DNA of 64,000 nucleotides from an uncultured candidatus Porisulfidus sp. (GTDB taxonomy: Bacteria; Pseudomonadota; Gammaproteobacteria; Poriferisulfidales; Poriferisulfidaceae), in the NCBI GenBank assembly GCA_965116025.1, contig OZ220480.1, forward strand, positions 256,001 to 320,000, written 5' to 3'. Every line of letters starts with the position of its first letter. Position 1 is the first letter of the stretch. The notes beneath the pieces were generated by a model. The model made no database searches, was not told the DNA's origin, and saw only the letters and a program-made list of their open reading frames with translations. A program made the position numbers and the translations under genes. Below are positions 40,675 to 52,310 of this stretch, in pieces.

Positions 40675-42186
40675 TCAGCGGGCCGCCTCGACCGTTTTGA
40701 CCGATTCCCCGGCGGAGGGTTCGCCGGACGGGTAATCCGCGTTGATCAACCGCAAATAGTCCTCTGGATAGGAATCCCAATCCGCCCCATCGGCGTACTT
40801 GTCATAGGAATCCCCGGCCTGAGCCTCAATGACGCGGATCTCCGGCGGGCGCGCCGCGTCGTGCTCGTCTTTCGTCATGGGCCTGACGCTCTGGAACGTC
40901 TCTTCCACGGCCTGGGCGTGCCGCCGCAGCTTCTCCTTGCGGTCCGCCCGCGCGCCCGCCACCAGGAAAACGTCCGGCGAGAGCTCCAGCGCCAAGACGC
41001 TCGCCACGCCCTCCTCGTCCCAGACCCATGCCTGGCATCCCGTGAATCCATCCGTGGCGCGGTCCCTCGCCTGTCCAGATTTCTCGAACTCCCCCTTCAG
41101 AAACTCGCAGGAAGATTTCTGACCGTGTCGTTCCCGCAACGTGACGCGCATCCGCAACCCCGGAACTGGCGGGAGGGCGGTCAAGCGATCCGGGAGGTTC
41201 TCGACTTCCCACCCTTCTGGAAACGACACGGTGAAGTTGAACACCCGGTGATAGAAGCGGCGTCCCCGCAACGTTCCCTCGTGCTCGGGGAGACCGACCG
41301 TCATGCCATCGATATGGCGCAGATATTCCGCGCGCCGCGTCAGTGCCTCCGAATCTCCACGATGCTGATGCGCCTCCCGGATTACCTCCCGCAGTCGAGC
41401 GTCATTATCTGGGTGCGTCGAGAAAACGCCGTGATACACCTGCGGCTGGCGCCGCTCCCGCGCCGCCACTCTCATTTCGTGAGACTCCTGATCCTTCAGG
41501 ACGCGGAGAACCTCTAGCATGGCATCGGAATCGTAGCCAGCGAGCGCCGCGTAGCGGGCGCCCAACCGGTCCGCCTCCAGCTCCTGCTCGCGGCCATACC
41601 CCCTGATATGCGCTTCCCCCAGAATGTTCGCCGCGTCGCTCAGCAGAGGATTTCCGGCGGCCTTGCCCAGGATCAATTTGGCGAGCTCCACCTTTTTTTG
41701 TCGCTCGATCTGTCGGACCGTATGGCGCATCGTGATATGCGCCAGTTCGTGACCCAGCACCCCGGCCAACTCGGCCTCGGAGTTCAGCATGGCGAGCATG
41801 CCGCGCGTGATATAGGCATAGCCAGGCGTCGCGAAAGCGTTGACCACCGGCGAATCCAGCACGCTGAAATGATAGTTCAGATCAGGGCGGTCCGAATGCG
41901 GAACCAGACTCTGGCCGACTTGCGAAATGTATTCCTGCAGTCTGGGATCGTCGTAATAGCCGTACAGGCCAAGAATCTGCTGATGGGTTTCCCGCCCCAT
42001 CTCCAGCTCCTCGCGCTCATCGACCGTCGCGTCCCAGTTGAATTTCTCCGCCTCTCTCTCGAGAATCTCCCCCGCCTTGTCCAAAGCCGCGCCCACGCAG
42101 GCGCTCACCGACGCGCCGAGCGCCAGCGTCAACCAGAAAGTTCGAAAGAAAGAGAGGCGGGAAAGCTGGCCGGGCTCAGCTGCCAT
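40675..42186 (-). CDS. M48 family metalloprotease (probable lipoprotein)
   Basis: [25 protein letters not shown] and FSTHP. Lipobox-like VSAC. Confidence 0.88.
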   Translation of the reverse strand: MAAEPGQLSRLSFFRTFWLTLALGASVSACVGAALDKAGEILEREAEKFNWDATVDEREELEMGRETHQQILGLYGYYDDPRLQEYISQVGQSLVPHSDRPDLNYHFSVLDSPVVNAFATPGYAYITRGMLAMLNSEAELAGVLGHELAHITMRHTVRQIERQKKVELAKLILGKAAGNPLLSDAANILGEAHIRGYGREQELEADRLGARYAALAGYDSDAMLEVLRVLKDQESHEMRVAARERRQPQVYHGVFSTHPDNDARLREVIREAHQHRGDSEALTRRAEYLRHIDGMTVGLPEHEGTLRGRRFYHRVFNFTVSFPEGWEVENLPDRLTALPPVPGLRMRVTLRERHGQKSSCEFLKGEFEKSGQARDRATDGFTGCQAWVWDEEGVASVLALELSPDVFLVAGARADRKEKLRRHAQAVEETFQSVRPMTKDEHDAARPPEIRVIEAQAGDSYDKYADGADWDSYPEDYLRLINADYPSGEPSAGESVKTVEAAR

Positions 42187-42376
42187 AGCGCTTGCGGAAC
42201 TTGTCGACCTGGCGCGCGGTTTCCAGGATCTTCTGCTTCCCGGTGTAGAACGGATGGCAATGTGAGCAGATTTCCACGTGCAACTCGTCCCCGCCATAGG
42301 TGGAGCGCGTCTGGAAGCGATTGCCGCAGGCGCAAATCACCGTGACATCGTGGTAGTTATAGTCCTTCGCGGCCAT
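42176..42376 (-). CDS. rpmE: 50S ribosomal protein L31 (Zn-binding type)
   Basis: [23 protein letters not shown] and VDKFRKRY. Confidence 0.95.
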   Translation of the reverse strand: MAAKDYNYHDVTVICACGNRFQTRSTYGGDELHVEICSHCHPFYTGKQKILETARQVDKFRKRYGS

Positions 42377-42552
42377 GATCAAGCGGATTGGCGTGAGCAG
42401 GGGGCGCGTAGTATATCAGGAGACTGGATCCGGTCTCTCTCCGGCTGGAAAGATTCGGATGGCGACGACCGGGCAAGCGAAATCTTTTTCCCGCGCTCGT
42501 GGACGCGAAGCGCGGCCCCGACTGGAAACGCCAGGGCCGCGTCATGGACTAA

Positions 42553-45500
42553 TCAGAAACGGACCTTGAGCAGGACGCTCGCGCCATAGTCGTGATTGTC
42601 GCCGTCCGACGCCGCGTAGTGAGCGTCCGCCGATAGCGTCGACTCCCCCTGCGCGTCCAGCGCCATCACGCCTCCAACGCCAATCCGTGCCCACGTGGAC
42701 TCCACCTCCGAGCGCAGGCGCGACCCCGAAGCCGTCACGTCCCGGCTCTCTGACAGCTCGCGCTCCACGTCCAATGAGGCGTACGTCTCTCCGTTCTCCA
42801 ACAGTACCCCGACCCGCGCCCGCGCGCTGTCCTCCGAGCGGAACGACACCCGACCGCTACCCGTAACGCCCGAAACGTCGTCGAAGCCGTCGATGTCCAC
42901 CCATGTCCACGTCAATCCTCCGCGCGGGATCAGCGCGAAGCCGTCCATCTCCATGCGCCTGCCGACCTCCACGCCGATCGCGTGACCCTCTCCATCCAAC
43001 CCGGACGCCACCATCCCTCGAGTCTCCGAGCTCAAGTCGACATCCTCGAACCGCGTGTACGAGAGCTCCCCGTCCGCGTACCAGCCGTCCTCCCCCCGCC
43101 AAGTCGCCGAGACCCCGACGCCCACGCCCGAGACCTCGATCTTCCCGCCGCGCTCAACGTCCGCCTCGCCATCCCGATAATGCGCGCTCACCCCCAGCAT
43201 CAGCCCCGGCGCGTCCGTAGGAACGACGAAGCCCGTCTCCACGCCCCAGCGCTCGAAATCCCAAGACAGCGCGCGACCCGCATCGTCCATCTCGGTCGTG
43301 GACATATCCGCCTCCCGCTCGCCGTCGCTCGCCAACACCCGCGCCCACGCGCCCCCGCCGTCTCGCGTCGCCGACAAACGCGCCTGACGACCGCCCGGCG
43401 CGCTCATCTCCAGCAGCACCGACGGCAGCGCCTCGTACACCCGAGCCCGGGCGTGGTACGTCCGGCTGATCTCCTTCTCGGAGTCCACCTGGAACTGATG
43501 CCCGCCCGTGATTGACTTCAGCGTGACCATCCGCTCGAACACCGCGTCATACACCCCATGCGTCCCCGTCTTCCCCGACGTCGCCTTCACCGCGTCCCCC
43601 ACGGCTATCGTCTTCGCCATGCCGGCCGTCGACTCGCGCTGGAAGACGTTCGGCGTTTTATCGCCACTATTCAGGAATTTCCCCTTGACGAACGCGATCT
43701 GCCCATGCGCGTTCTCCTTCAGGGTGACATGCAGCGCCTTGTCCGCGCTCACCGCGATCCCCGACGTCGCGCTGATCTCCGCCTTCGGCCCGATCACCAG
43801 CGTCCCGCCGTTCACCATCCGAACGCCGGCGTGCTCGCCAGCGCCGCCCATCACCTTGCCGTTGATGGTGACCGTCTGGTCGTATTGCCCCTTCCGGGCG
43901 TGGTCGGACGCGAAGGTCCGCATGCCCTTGACATGCACCCCGTCCTTCTTGGCACGGATCGTCGCCATCTCGCCTACCGTGACGCTGATCTTCCCGGCCG
44001 TGGGCGCTTCCATTTCCGTGTAGGTGGTGGCGATCTCCGCGTGCACGCCATGCCCGTCCGCCGTGATCGTCCCGCCCGACACGTCGATCTTGATTGGAAT
44101 GATCGTAGCGTTGCCCGAATCGCTCAAATCTTTGACATAGGCGAGAATCCCGTCGCCCTTCGACGTGATGTCCGCCTTCGACGCGATCTTGATCTCCCCG
44201 ATCTTGGCGGTGTGGGTGGCAGGGTCGTTTCCGTCGAACGTCTTACCTTCAAGCGTCTGGATCTGCTGACCTCCATGCATGGCCAGAACGCCAGCGGTCC
44301 TGCCTTTCAAGTCCGCCAGCTGCGTCTGGTGATCCTCCACTAACTCATCAAAGATGTCGGGCGCGTCGCCCGCGATGATCTCGCCCTTCAGGTGCTCCAC
44401 GACCACGTCGCCCCAGCCGACATTCAAAGCGACCACCCCCGACCCCTTCGCGTGGATGAGACCCTCGTTGGTGATCCGGATGTCGACCTCGTCATTAGCG
44501 GAGCCAGTCTTGACGAACACGCCATGCTCACCGACCGGCGTCGCCGCGGTCCCGATCATCGCGCCGGACTCGAGGGTCACCCGGACCGCCCCCCCGTGGA
44601 TAGTGTGATTAATGAACACCCCGCGCCCGCCCACGGTCGGCGCGTCCCCGTCCATCCCGATCCGCGCCCCGGGCCTCAGCGTCACCTCCGTGTCCCTGTT
44701 GACGTCGCTGGAGCCGTCGTTGCTGGAAATACGGAATATATTGATCCCGTCGTCCCTGATCTCGCCCTCGCTGTTGCCCGTCTGGGCGATCTCGCCCGCG
44801 AGGTCCACCGTGACGATACCGCCAAAGTGGTAACGATGATCAACTTGAATCCCGTAACCCGATTCCGACTTTATCGCGCCTCCGGTCACCTTGATCGTGA
44901 CCGGAACCACCGAATCCTGGCTCGCGCTCTCGTCCCCTTTCGTTGTGATATTAATGCCATCCGATATGGCGTCGATGTCGCCGCTCGAGACGATGGCGAT
45001 CTCGCTGCTCGGAGACGCGGCGGTGCCTGTGGCGAAATCCTTGTGCAGCACCAAAATGCCTTGTTCGCTGGCGTAGTCTTGCTCAGCGATATCCCAAGAC
45101 TCGGCCACCTTGCTGCCCGCCTCGCCCGTGAGCGTCTTCGCGTACAGAGGCCGTTGCTCCAGGCTCCGGATCGTCCCATGGTTCGTGACGCGAACGTCGC
45201 CTCCCACTTCACTATTGTCATGATCGACGAGAATTCCCTTGCTGGTCACGCTGCCCTCCGCCGTCTCGACGGCGATGTCTCCAGACCCTTCATGAAGCAC
45301 CCAGATGCCCGTGTAGTACCCGTGAACCTCGCCCCGGTTCACGATGGACACGTCGCCCTCGGCGGTGGAGCTGCTGTAATACGCCAGAATGCCATTGCGC
45401 CCTATCGGAACCTCCTCGCTCCCAACCTTCGCGTCCGCCCCGATCACGATCTCGATCTTGTCCTCTCTGTTGGAGTCGCCGGCTTGATCGCCTTGGACCC

Positions 45501-46046
45501 ATATCCCGTAGTTTCTGCTGCCAAACCGATACTGGGGGTCGATGAAGGTCGCGGTTCCCGTCGTTCCATCTCTATCGGTGAATGTGGCTTCGGTGGGCGA
45601 AGTCCAGCCACCGGCCTCGTTCACGATCCTCACCTTGCCTTCCAGCTTGACCGCCAGCGTTCCGCGGCCGACCACTTTGATCCCGTTATATCGGGTGTCG
45701 TCGTCAGGGGGAAGGAACGACTTGATGGTCGTCATCTCCCCGGAAGGCTTCACGGTCAGCGTCAAGCCCCCCGTCTGACCCGTGTACTCGATGGGATTGG
45801 GAGCGGCGCTGGTGCCGCCGTAGGTCGCGGCGGCGCAGGTGACCGTTTTGGCAGCGCTGACCGCGCCGCACTCGTCCGCCTCGGCGGAATGCGGAATCAG
45901 CGGAATGGAGAGAACGGCCGTCAATCCGGCCAGAACGGTCAGGAAACGAGGGCTATACCCCCCCCCCCCCCCCCTATGCGGGAAGACGACGAAGCGCCGC
46001 GGAGCGCGGCGCGAGCGGCGTTGGAAATGATTGAAATCTTCTTCAT
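42553..46046 (-). CDS. Autotransporter (beta-helix passenger + C-terminal barrel), frameshifted at a poly-G tract
   Basis: RBS and ATG at 46046 give MKKISIISNAARAALRGASSSSRI, then G17, then in another frame YSPRFLTVLAGLTAVLSIPLIPHSAEA-DECG. The passenger has G/I/V-rich repeats and the barrel runs from GAWAR to YGASVLLKVRF. Confidence 0.88.
45958..45974. repeat. Homopolymer C17 (G17 on the coding strand)
   Basis: 17 consecutive C, counted directly. Confidence 0.95.
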
Positions 46047-46655
46047 CTTGGGTTCCTGAGCGAATTTGAATCTGGAAAAACCTAGCGCGATTATAACAGC
46101 CCGATATCGCGGAAGATCGTCATGGCCATGCCCTGAGGAATCACTGATCGAAGACCCTGAGATCGCTATGCTGGCGGCTTGTTCTCGAATATCGCTTGGG
46201 CATGAGAGTCCACATCGACCGGATCAGAGCAAGGAGACCGTCTCGATAAAAAACTCCCGGTTCCGCTATCATCTCCTTGCGGAAGAGACATGTCGCCATC
46301 ACCCACTGGCAGTTGACGCGTTTCGGCGATTCAACCGGAGGAAGGAAAAGAGCGTCAGATGGACGAAGCGCGGCGCGCGCGACTCCGATCAAGCCGCGCT
46401 GATGGGCGATCTCATCACGGAACGCGCCTGGCAAAATTCTCCCGATGAGAGGCGGACGACCTTTTCATGGCGGGAAAGACTCGAAGTTGGAGCGGTTCGG
46501 TTTCGACGGCGGAATTTCCGCTATGTCCGAAGGCATCATGTCTCTACCCACCGACCCAGTGGATCGCATATCAGAGTCAAATTGACGCGCGCGCGCTCCG
46601 CTTGGAGGACTCGAGAACGGTACGGATATCCTCCCACCCGCGCGAGCGACCGATC

Positions 46656-47810
46656 TCACGGTCGAGATCGAGTCCCCTCCGGCAGGAACAGTTCGCAGAG
46701 ATCGTCCAGATAGCGCCACCCTCGTGCGCTAGCGCGCACCCCCCGCGACGATTCGGCAATCAAGCCCAAGGCGCGCGCCTTGGTCAAAATTCCAGAAAGC
46801 GTTTTCCGAGATTGGCCGGTCCGGGCCTCGAACAAGGTCCATGCGACTCCCGCCTTCAAGCGCAACGCCCCCAGCATGAACTCGAATATCCGGTCCTCGG
46901 TTCCCCGGGGCCGCCGCTCTATCTCGGTCTCCCCCACCTCCGCCGCGGCCATCCAGTCTTCCGGGCTAGACGCCTGCACCGTTCGAAACACCGCCCCCGA
47001 CGCGTCCGTCAGCTTGCCATGCGCGCCCGCTCCCACGCCCAAGTAATCTCCGTATTCCCAGTAGTTCACGTTGTGCCGACAAACGGCATCGTCCCGGCAC
47101 CAAGCGGAAACCTCGTATCGCGCGTAGCCCGCGCGCTCCAGCGTCTCGGCGCCTTCCTCCTGCATTTCCCACAACGCGCCTTCGCTCGGAAGCGGGGGCG
47201 GCTTGCGCGAGAACGGCGTGCCCGGCTCCAGCGTCAATTGATACCACGACAGATGCTCCGGCCCGAGCTCCAGCGCCCGCTCAAGGTCGGCGCGCGCATG
47301 CTCCGCCCGTTGCCCAGGCAAGCCGTACATCAGGTCCAGGTTGACGCTTGAGAAGCCCGCCCGCCTGGCGAACTCGAAAGCGACGCGAACGTCCTCTCCT
47401 CCGTGCGCTCGACCGATCCGGCGCAAGTGACGATCATCGAAACTCTGCGCCCCTATCGACAAGCGATTGACGCCCGCTTCCCGATATCCCGCGAAACTCT
47501 CCCGATCCGCGGATTGCGGGTTGGCTTCCAAGGTGACCTCCAAGGAAGGGGCGCGGTCGAATTCCGCACGGACCGCGTCCAGCGCGCTCCAAATGGACGT
47601 CGAAGAGAAACGGCTGGGCGTGCCGCCTCCGAAGAACACGCTCTGGATGGCTCGACCCGAGACTTCGCGCGCCACCCGCCCGAATTCGCGCGACAGACAT
47701 TCCACATAGCGCGCCTCATCGAAAGACTTGGCCGCATGCGCGTTGAAATCGCAATACGGGCAACGCGAGACGCACCAAGGGAGGTGCGCGTACAGCGACA
47801 GCGGAATCAC
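46656..47810 (-). CDS. hemW: Radical SAM heme chaperone HemW
   Basis: LYAHLPWCVSRCPYCDFN, FFGGGTPS, EANP and RYEVSA. Lies in the rph-rdgB-hemW cluster. Confidence 0.92.
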   Translation of the reverse strand: MIPLSLYAHLPWCVSRCPYCDFNAHAAKSFDEARYVECLSREFGRVAREVSGRAIQSVFFGGGTPSRFSSTSIWSALDAVRAEFDRAPSLEVTLEANPQSADRESFAGYREAGVNRLSIGAQSFDDRHLRRIGRAHGGEDVRVAFEFARRAGFSSVNLDLMYGLPGQRAEHARADLERALELGPEHLSWYQLTLEPGTPFSRKPPPLPSEGALWEMQEEGAETLERAGYARYEVSAWCRDDAVCRHNVNYWEYGDYLGVGAGAHGKLTDASGAVFRTVQASSPEDWMAAAEVGETEIERRPRGTEDRIFEFMLGALRLKAGVAWTLFEARTGQSRKTLSGILTKARALGLIAESSRGVRASARGWRYLDDLCELFLPEGTRSRP

Positions 47811-48400
47811 GCTCCGGCTTTCAGCATCTCGACCAAGGCGCGTAGAGCGACGCCACGGTGGCTGATGGCGTTCTTGACGTCTGGATCCAACTCGGCCGAG
47901 GAGCGGCCATGCGTCGGCACGTAAAACAAGGGGTCGTAGCCAAAACCCTTCTTTCCTCTCGGCGCGTCGAGAATTCTTCCTTCCCAGACTCCTTGGGCGA
48001 TCAACGGATCCGGATCATCCTCGGCGCGCGCCAAAGCGATGACGCACCGGTAGCGCGCCCCGCGCCGTTCTTCCGGCACCCCCTGAAGCTCCCGCAATAA
48101 GAGTCGGTTATTGGCCTCATCGTCGCGCCGCGGTCCCGCGTAACGGGCCGAACGCACGCCCGGCCGACCATCCAGCGCGTCCACCTCGATTCCCGAGTCG
48201 TCCGCCAGCGCGGCCATGCCGGCATGGGCGGCCGCATGGCGCGCCTTGAGCAACGCGTTCTCCTCGAACGTCGTTCCCGTCTCCTCCGCTTCCACGATCT
48301 CGAGAGAACCTTGCGTCACCAAGTTCCATCCCATGGGGCGGAGCACGGCGTCCAGTTCGCGTAGCTTTCCCGGATTGTTGCTAGCCAGCACGATCTTCAT
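47807..48400 (-). CDS. rdgB: dITP/XTP pyrophosphatase
   Basis: [33 protein letters not shown] and KNAISHRG. Confidence 0.95.
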   Translation of the reverse strand: MKIVLASNNPGKLRELDAVLRPMGWNLVTQGSLEIVEAEETGTTFEENALLKARHAAAHAGMAALADDSGIEVDALDGRPGVRSARYAGPRRDDEANNRLLLRELQGVPEERRGARYRCVIALARAEDDPDPLIAQGVWEGRILDAPRGKKGFGYDPLFYVPTHGRSSAELDPDVKNAISHRGVALRALVEMLKAGA

Positions 48401-49119
48401 TTCGCGCGAATCCGCCTCTGCTGCTCCATGATTCGCCGAATCCCGTCCTCCGCGAGATCCAGCATCGCGTCCAGCTCCTTCCGCTGAAACGCATGCCCTT
48501 CCGCCGTGCCTTGAATCTCAATGATCGAGCCCGCGTCGTTCATCACCACGTTCATGTCCGTCTCCGCCGTGGAATCTTCCGCGTAATCCAGGTCCAGCCG
48601 AGCCTCTCCATCGACGATCCCCACGGAAATCGCCGCGATTCGCCCGTGCACCGGGTCGGCCCGCAGAGCTTTTCTCTCAAGCAAGGCGTCTACCGCGTCC
48701 TGCAGCGCCAAGAACGCGCCATTGATCGCGGCCGTGCGGGTTCCGCCGTCCGCCTGGAGCACGTCGCAGTCCAGAGTCAGGGTATTCTCTCCCAGCGCCT
48801 CCAAATCCAGACTAGCGCGCAAGGCGCGACCGATCAGGCGCTGAATCTCCATGGTGCGGCCAACCTGCCCGCCAAAGCGGGCCTCGCGCCGGGTGCGCTC
48901 GTTGGTGGCCCTGGGTAGCATGCCATATTCCGCGGTCACCCAGCCACTTCTCTTAGCCTTGAGCCAGCGCGGCGTGCCCGGCTCGAACGTCGCGGTGCAC
49001 AACACCCGGGTGTTTCCTTGCTCGCACAAAACCGAACCTTCGGCGTGCTGGACGAAACCGCGCTGGTAGTGAATCGAGCGCAACTCATCCGGGGCGCGAC
49101 CGCTGGGACGTTCAGGCAT
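48397..49119 (-). CDS. rph: Ribonuclease PH
   Basis: [29 protein letters not shown] and [12 protein letters not shown]. Confidence 0.96.
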   Translation of the reverse strand: MPERPSGRAPDELRSIHYQRGFVQHAEGSVLCEQGNTRVLCTATFEPGTPRWLKAKRSGWVTAEYGMLPRATNERTRREARFGGQVGRTMEIQRLIGRALRASLDLEALGENTLTLDCDVLQADGGTRTAAINGAFLALQDAVDALLERKALRADPVHGRIAAISVGIVDGEARLDLDYAEDSTAETDMNVVMNDAGSIIEIQGTAEGHAFQRKELDAMLDLAEDGIRRIMEQQRRIRAK

Positions 49120-49300
49120 GGGGGAGGGAGAAATTCAAAACTGCCAAAGGTTCAGGCAAAGCCGAATCAGCCCTGTCTATCCGGGCTGGTCGTCATAGAG
49201 ATTATAAAGAAGAGGCTGAATCGTACGAGGAGCTACCGAGACCCCGGATCTTGAGATTCATTTGGTCTTTCTACTCTACACCTCATCTAGAATAGAGGCA

Positions 49301-50677
49301 TCAATGGATTACAGTAGCTATGAATTTTTGGCTAGAGAAATCAATCTTTACAAATGTACCGGCTTCGATCCCGGCTACAGCAAAAACACCGTTCAAGCCC
49401 TTGACCATGTTTGCTGTTACTTCAATCTTTCCTAGCTGGTTTCCTGCTTGATCTTTCAGTGACCAATGCCCTGGCATCACAAAATTTTCGTCAATTCGGT
49501 GAGTGCCCATTACCAGATGTCGATGAGCAACTTCCAGTTCTACCAAGCATTCATGCATCTCCAGATCTCCGTAATCTTTCGTTGGCACCATCAACGAAAA
49601 CTCCTGCAGTTGATCTTTGTTAGCAATGAATCTGTATTTACCTCGTGACATTGTCACCCAAAGAGGTGTTACGGATACCAGCATTTCTGCGTGGCCTCCA
49701 GATACATCTTTTTGCACTAGAGCTTCACGCAGTTCAAGAAATGTCGCCACAGTCCCTACATCTTTGGCGACACTGATCATTAATCTATCAGTCTTACTTA
49801 GATCATCTGGTTTGAACCCTCTGCCTCGCGATACCATCCCTTCCTGAACATTAACGTCATCAATCGCGCAGAGCATGCTCATCAACGTTTCAGAGGATGG
49901 ATAATCCGTTATCGTCCTCGCTCGTTTGACGGCCTTCATCAATCTACCAAATGGAACTTCAGGCGTAACGGTCAGGATCTTGCGGCATACATTGATGATC
50001 TTGTTCCATCCACGGCCAGCACGCCCCAAACTCCAGTAAACCAAGTGACTGCCATCTAACCAGTCCAATGTTGGAACTTTACTCACTCCGAGCGCCACAA
50101 TCTCAGGCGCGAAATCAGCAGCTACCTGCTTCGCATTTTTGATCGTGTCTAGTGGTACGAAATCTCGCCGATCTGCCTCTTTGTCCATAAAGGTCCACAA
50201 TGTCTCCATCGTATTGGCTCTGTCAAGTGGAAGAAGATAGGGTTCTTTTCCAATTGGTCTGCATGCCAAATTCCATTCAACTTGGAATGCCTTCATTGCC
50301 TTGGTGAAAGCTTCAAATTTCATGCCATACCGCGACAATTGATTCCGCTCAAGCACATTTTGGACGTTCGTGGCAACCATCGGAGCACTTTCCTCAATCA
50401 AGGAAACCGCGCGTTCAAGTATTGGCATAGACTGCACCCTCTCATGGATTTTTGATAATGCTGTCCGCTCAATTTGGCGTATCCTCTCCCTGCTGACAGG
50501 AGACTTTCGTCCTGAAGAACTGGGATTATTGCCCAATTCTCTCAACGTCAAAATTTCACCGCCGTCCCAGCCAGTGCGTCTCACGACGATCAAGTACTCG
50601 CTATGATCGACCGCCATTTCCACAGCGGCACATAATTCATCCTCCAAAAACTCAAATGGCTCGACAGATGTCTTCAT
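49301..50677 (-). CDS. Hypothetical protein with an N-terminal sigma70 region 4-like HTH
   Basis: LTLRELG...VSRERIRQIERTALSKI. The remainder is unrecognised. Confidence 0.6.
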   Translation of the reverse strand: MKTSVEPFEFLEDELCAAVEMAVDHSEYLIVVRRTGWDGGEILTLRELGNNPSSSGRKSPVSRERIRQIERTALSKIHERVQSMPILERAVSLIEESAPMVATNVQNVLERNQLSRYGMKFEAFTKAMKAFQVEWNLACRPIGKEPYLLPLDRANTMETLWTFMDKEADRRDFVPLDTIKNAKQVAADFAPEIVALGVSKVPTLDWLDGSHLVYWSLGRAGRGWNKIINVCRKILTVTPEVPFGRLMKAVKRARTITDYPSSETLMSMLCAIDDVNVQEGMVSRGRGFKPDDLSKTDRLMISVAKDVGTVATFLELREALVQKDVSGGHAEMLVSVTPLWVTMSRGKYRFIANKDQLQEFSLMVPTKDYGDLEMHECLVELEVAHRHLVMGTHRIDENFVMPGHWSLKDQAGNQLGKIEVTANMVKGLNGVFAVAGIEAGTFVKIDFSSQKFIATVIH

Positions 50678-50975
50678 TCGGTCTAGTCGTGTCGTGTTCC
50701 TAACTCAAGAAGAGCAAGTTCATTTTTCCAGGCGATTCAAAATCCCCTAGTAATACCCAAAAAACCTAAAATCCGACCAAGACTTTCCCAGATTGATTCC
50801 CAAGCGCACCATCTGTCAGCCGTGGCAACACTTCTCTGTGACGGAATGATAACAGGAGCCGAAGATTTTTTCAGAAACATGTCTTCCTGTAATGATCATG
50901 AAACAGTATGCGATCTATCAGTTTCGATTAGTTCATGGATTTTGGTGATCAATACTCCAATGGCTTCCGTTTCGA

Positions 50976-52310
50976 TTAGATGGAAGACAACGCGGCAAGC
51001 CCTACCACGTAACTCAGTTGTGGCGGAACCGCGTCACCTATAAGATGGGCCAACTGCTGGCGCGGAATACCATCCGCTCTGCGTCCAGAGAACCGGAAAT
51101 CATCGGGGAAGCCCTGGAGACGCGCTCCCTCGTGGGGCGTCAGCCCTCTAGCGCGAGTTGGATGCGTGAACCGCCCTCTACCAGGTGAAAGGAACCCCGT
51201 AGTTATTGTTTGAGAGGGTTGATCTGCATGAATTCGACCATAGATAGCTCCATAGGTGTGATTCCCGTCCTGATGGCAGGGGGGTCGCTCCTCGTCCGGA
51301 AGCTCCCACACATCATTTTCGATCAGGTACTTCACCCGGCGCTCATTCTCGGGAGATAATCGCGACGGCAAATCGAAATCCTCAGGTGATTCCCTATCGA
51401 CGAGATCTCCAAGTGCATCCATGGCCGACAACGGCTCACAGGTAAGCTCCTTGAAGCCCATCGTGAAGTCAAAAGGACGACTCTTTGCGGCTATCAAAAA
51501 ATGCCTTCGTCTCTTTTGTGGCGTTCCAAAGGACGACGCATCAAGCACACCCTCCCCGTTCTCAATCTTGTAACCAGCCGAGATGAGCAACTTCATCGCA
51601 CGTTCAACTACTTTTTGTCGAGCCCTCCTCACGGCAACTACGTTTTCGATAATCACGACCCTTGCATCAAGTGCTATCGCGCAAGCGACCGTTGCTACAT
51701 AAAGCTCGTTACGTGAATCCGTGCGCCGGCTCCTGTTATTGAAGTTCGAATTGCCTTCGCACGGAGGACCAGCAATAGCCATGTCCACCTTTCCTTTCAG
51801 TGAAAGAAAAATATGGTTCGTGGTCTCTATCTGTTGATATGAAACGTTGGGCCCGACCCTCATCTCCTTCCGGTAGGTAACTAAGTTTGCTATGTTCTCG
51901 CTCAACGCTCTGAGGGGACGAAGATTGTTGCTGTAAACATTGATCGCATCAGGAAGTACGTCCACGCAAAGCTGGAAAACCGGTCTCACACCGACTGCTT
52001 CGCACGCCCAGCGCACTCCCGTGGCGAAACCACCACATCCAGAACAAAGATCGACAATATTCAATTCCGGCCGTTGAGGGTTTGATTCAACCCTAGGTAC
52101 GGCTCCTCGCAAGCGGGCACTCCACCAAAGCCTCCTTAAGTCCAAATCACTGGAAGCCTGCACCGTCTCCGGTGGAAATTCCATTTCCGACACACCGAAG
52201 AAAGAGCCAGCCCTAGTCTCCCGAACGAGTCTGCCTTTACCAAAATGAAACGTCTCGGTTGGTGCAGTCAACCGACCTTTGCCACGTTTCTCTCGCCCCA
52301 GCTTCCTCAT
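50976..52310 (-). CDS. DNA (cytosine-5)-methyltransferase
   Basis: Motif I DLCSGCGG, IV GPPCEGNS, VI IENV, VIII QKRRR, IX ARLQGFPD and X IGDAVPP. ATGA overlap with the upstream gene. Confidence 0.9.
   Translation of the reverse strand: MRKLGREKRGKGRLTAPTETFHFGKGRLVRETRAGSFFGVSEMEFPPETVQASSDLDLRRLWWSARLRGAVPRVESNPQRPELNIVDLCSGCGGFATGVRWACEAVGVRPVFQLCVDVLPDAINVYSNNLRPLRALSENIANLVTYRKEMRVGPNVSYQQIETTNHIFLSLKGKVDMAIAGPPCEGNSNFNNRSRRTDSRNELYVATVACAIALDARVVIIENVVAVRRARQKVVERAMKLLISAGYKIENGEGVLDASSFGTPQKRRRHFLIAAKSRPFDFTMGFKELTCEPLSAMDALGDLVDRESPEDFDLPSRLSPENERRVKYLIENDVWELPDEERPPCHQDGNHTYGAIYGRIHADQPSQTITTGFLSPGRGRFTHPTRARGLTPHEGARLQGFPDDFRFSGRRADGIPRQQLAHLIGDAVPPQLSYVVGLAALSSI

Noticed and set aside
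46066-46713. 215-aa ORF between the autotransporter and hemW
   Set aside because: It has no recognisable motif, a TTG start without an RBS, and it overlaps the probable autotransporter promoter and the hemW end.
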